Assembly: GCA_963765575.1 (NCBI GenBank)
Contig: CAVXWZ010000002.1
Coordinates: forward strand, 320,001 to 384,000
DNA length: 64,000 nt
Direction of reading: 5' to 3'
From: an uncultured cyanobacterium
GTDB taxonomy: Bacteria; Cyanobacteriota; Cyanobacteriia; PCC-6307; Cyanobiaceae
Of this stretch, positions 63,949 to 64,000 are shown piece by piece (within the stretch, counting starts at the first letter, position 1; each line of letters opens with the position of its first letter). The position numbers and the translations under genes are program-made. The notes beneath the pieces are model-generated. The model searched no databases. It had not been told where the DNA came from and saw only the letters and a list, made by a program, of their open reading frames with translations.

Positions 63949-64000
63949 AATTTTGCCTCAACTCATTCATCATCACCAACATCTCTCTCCCTGACCTGGT

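Overview
High-GC chromosomal segment of a picocyanobacterium (Cyanobium/Synechococcus-like), inferred from cpcG/cpcS, the sufR-ftrC-sufBCDS layout and cyanobacterial-type rRNA. Most of the window is housekeeping: S9 peptidase, two GltS-type symporters, suf cluster, pgm, an RND pump, rarA, bcp, coaX, cysH, ndbB, hflX, anmK, ABC-F, degP, hrpB, xseAB, yihY, then 5S and 23S rRNA. The main accessory feature is a ~3.5 kb integron (about 4820-8331) whose intact integrase is co-oriented with a cassette array at its 3' end. The array holds two different MazF/PemK toxin-antitoxin cassettes, a DUF1349 cassette with a decayed attC, and a terminal half attC whose GTT core coincides with the mtnA stop codon. 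The element sits exactly between mtnA and its class II aldolase partner, which suggests the whole integron inserted itself by attC-type recombination (inference). Also noted: an NblA-like gene with candidate NtcA/HLR1 sites, a 37-aa membrane ORF missing from the ORF track, a Nif11-like protein, and several extra-base frameshifts that look like consensus errors. All family calls are from motif recognition, not database searches.
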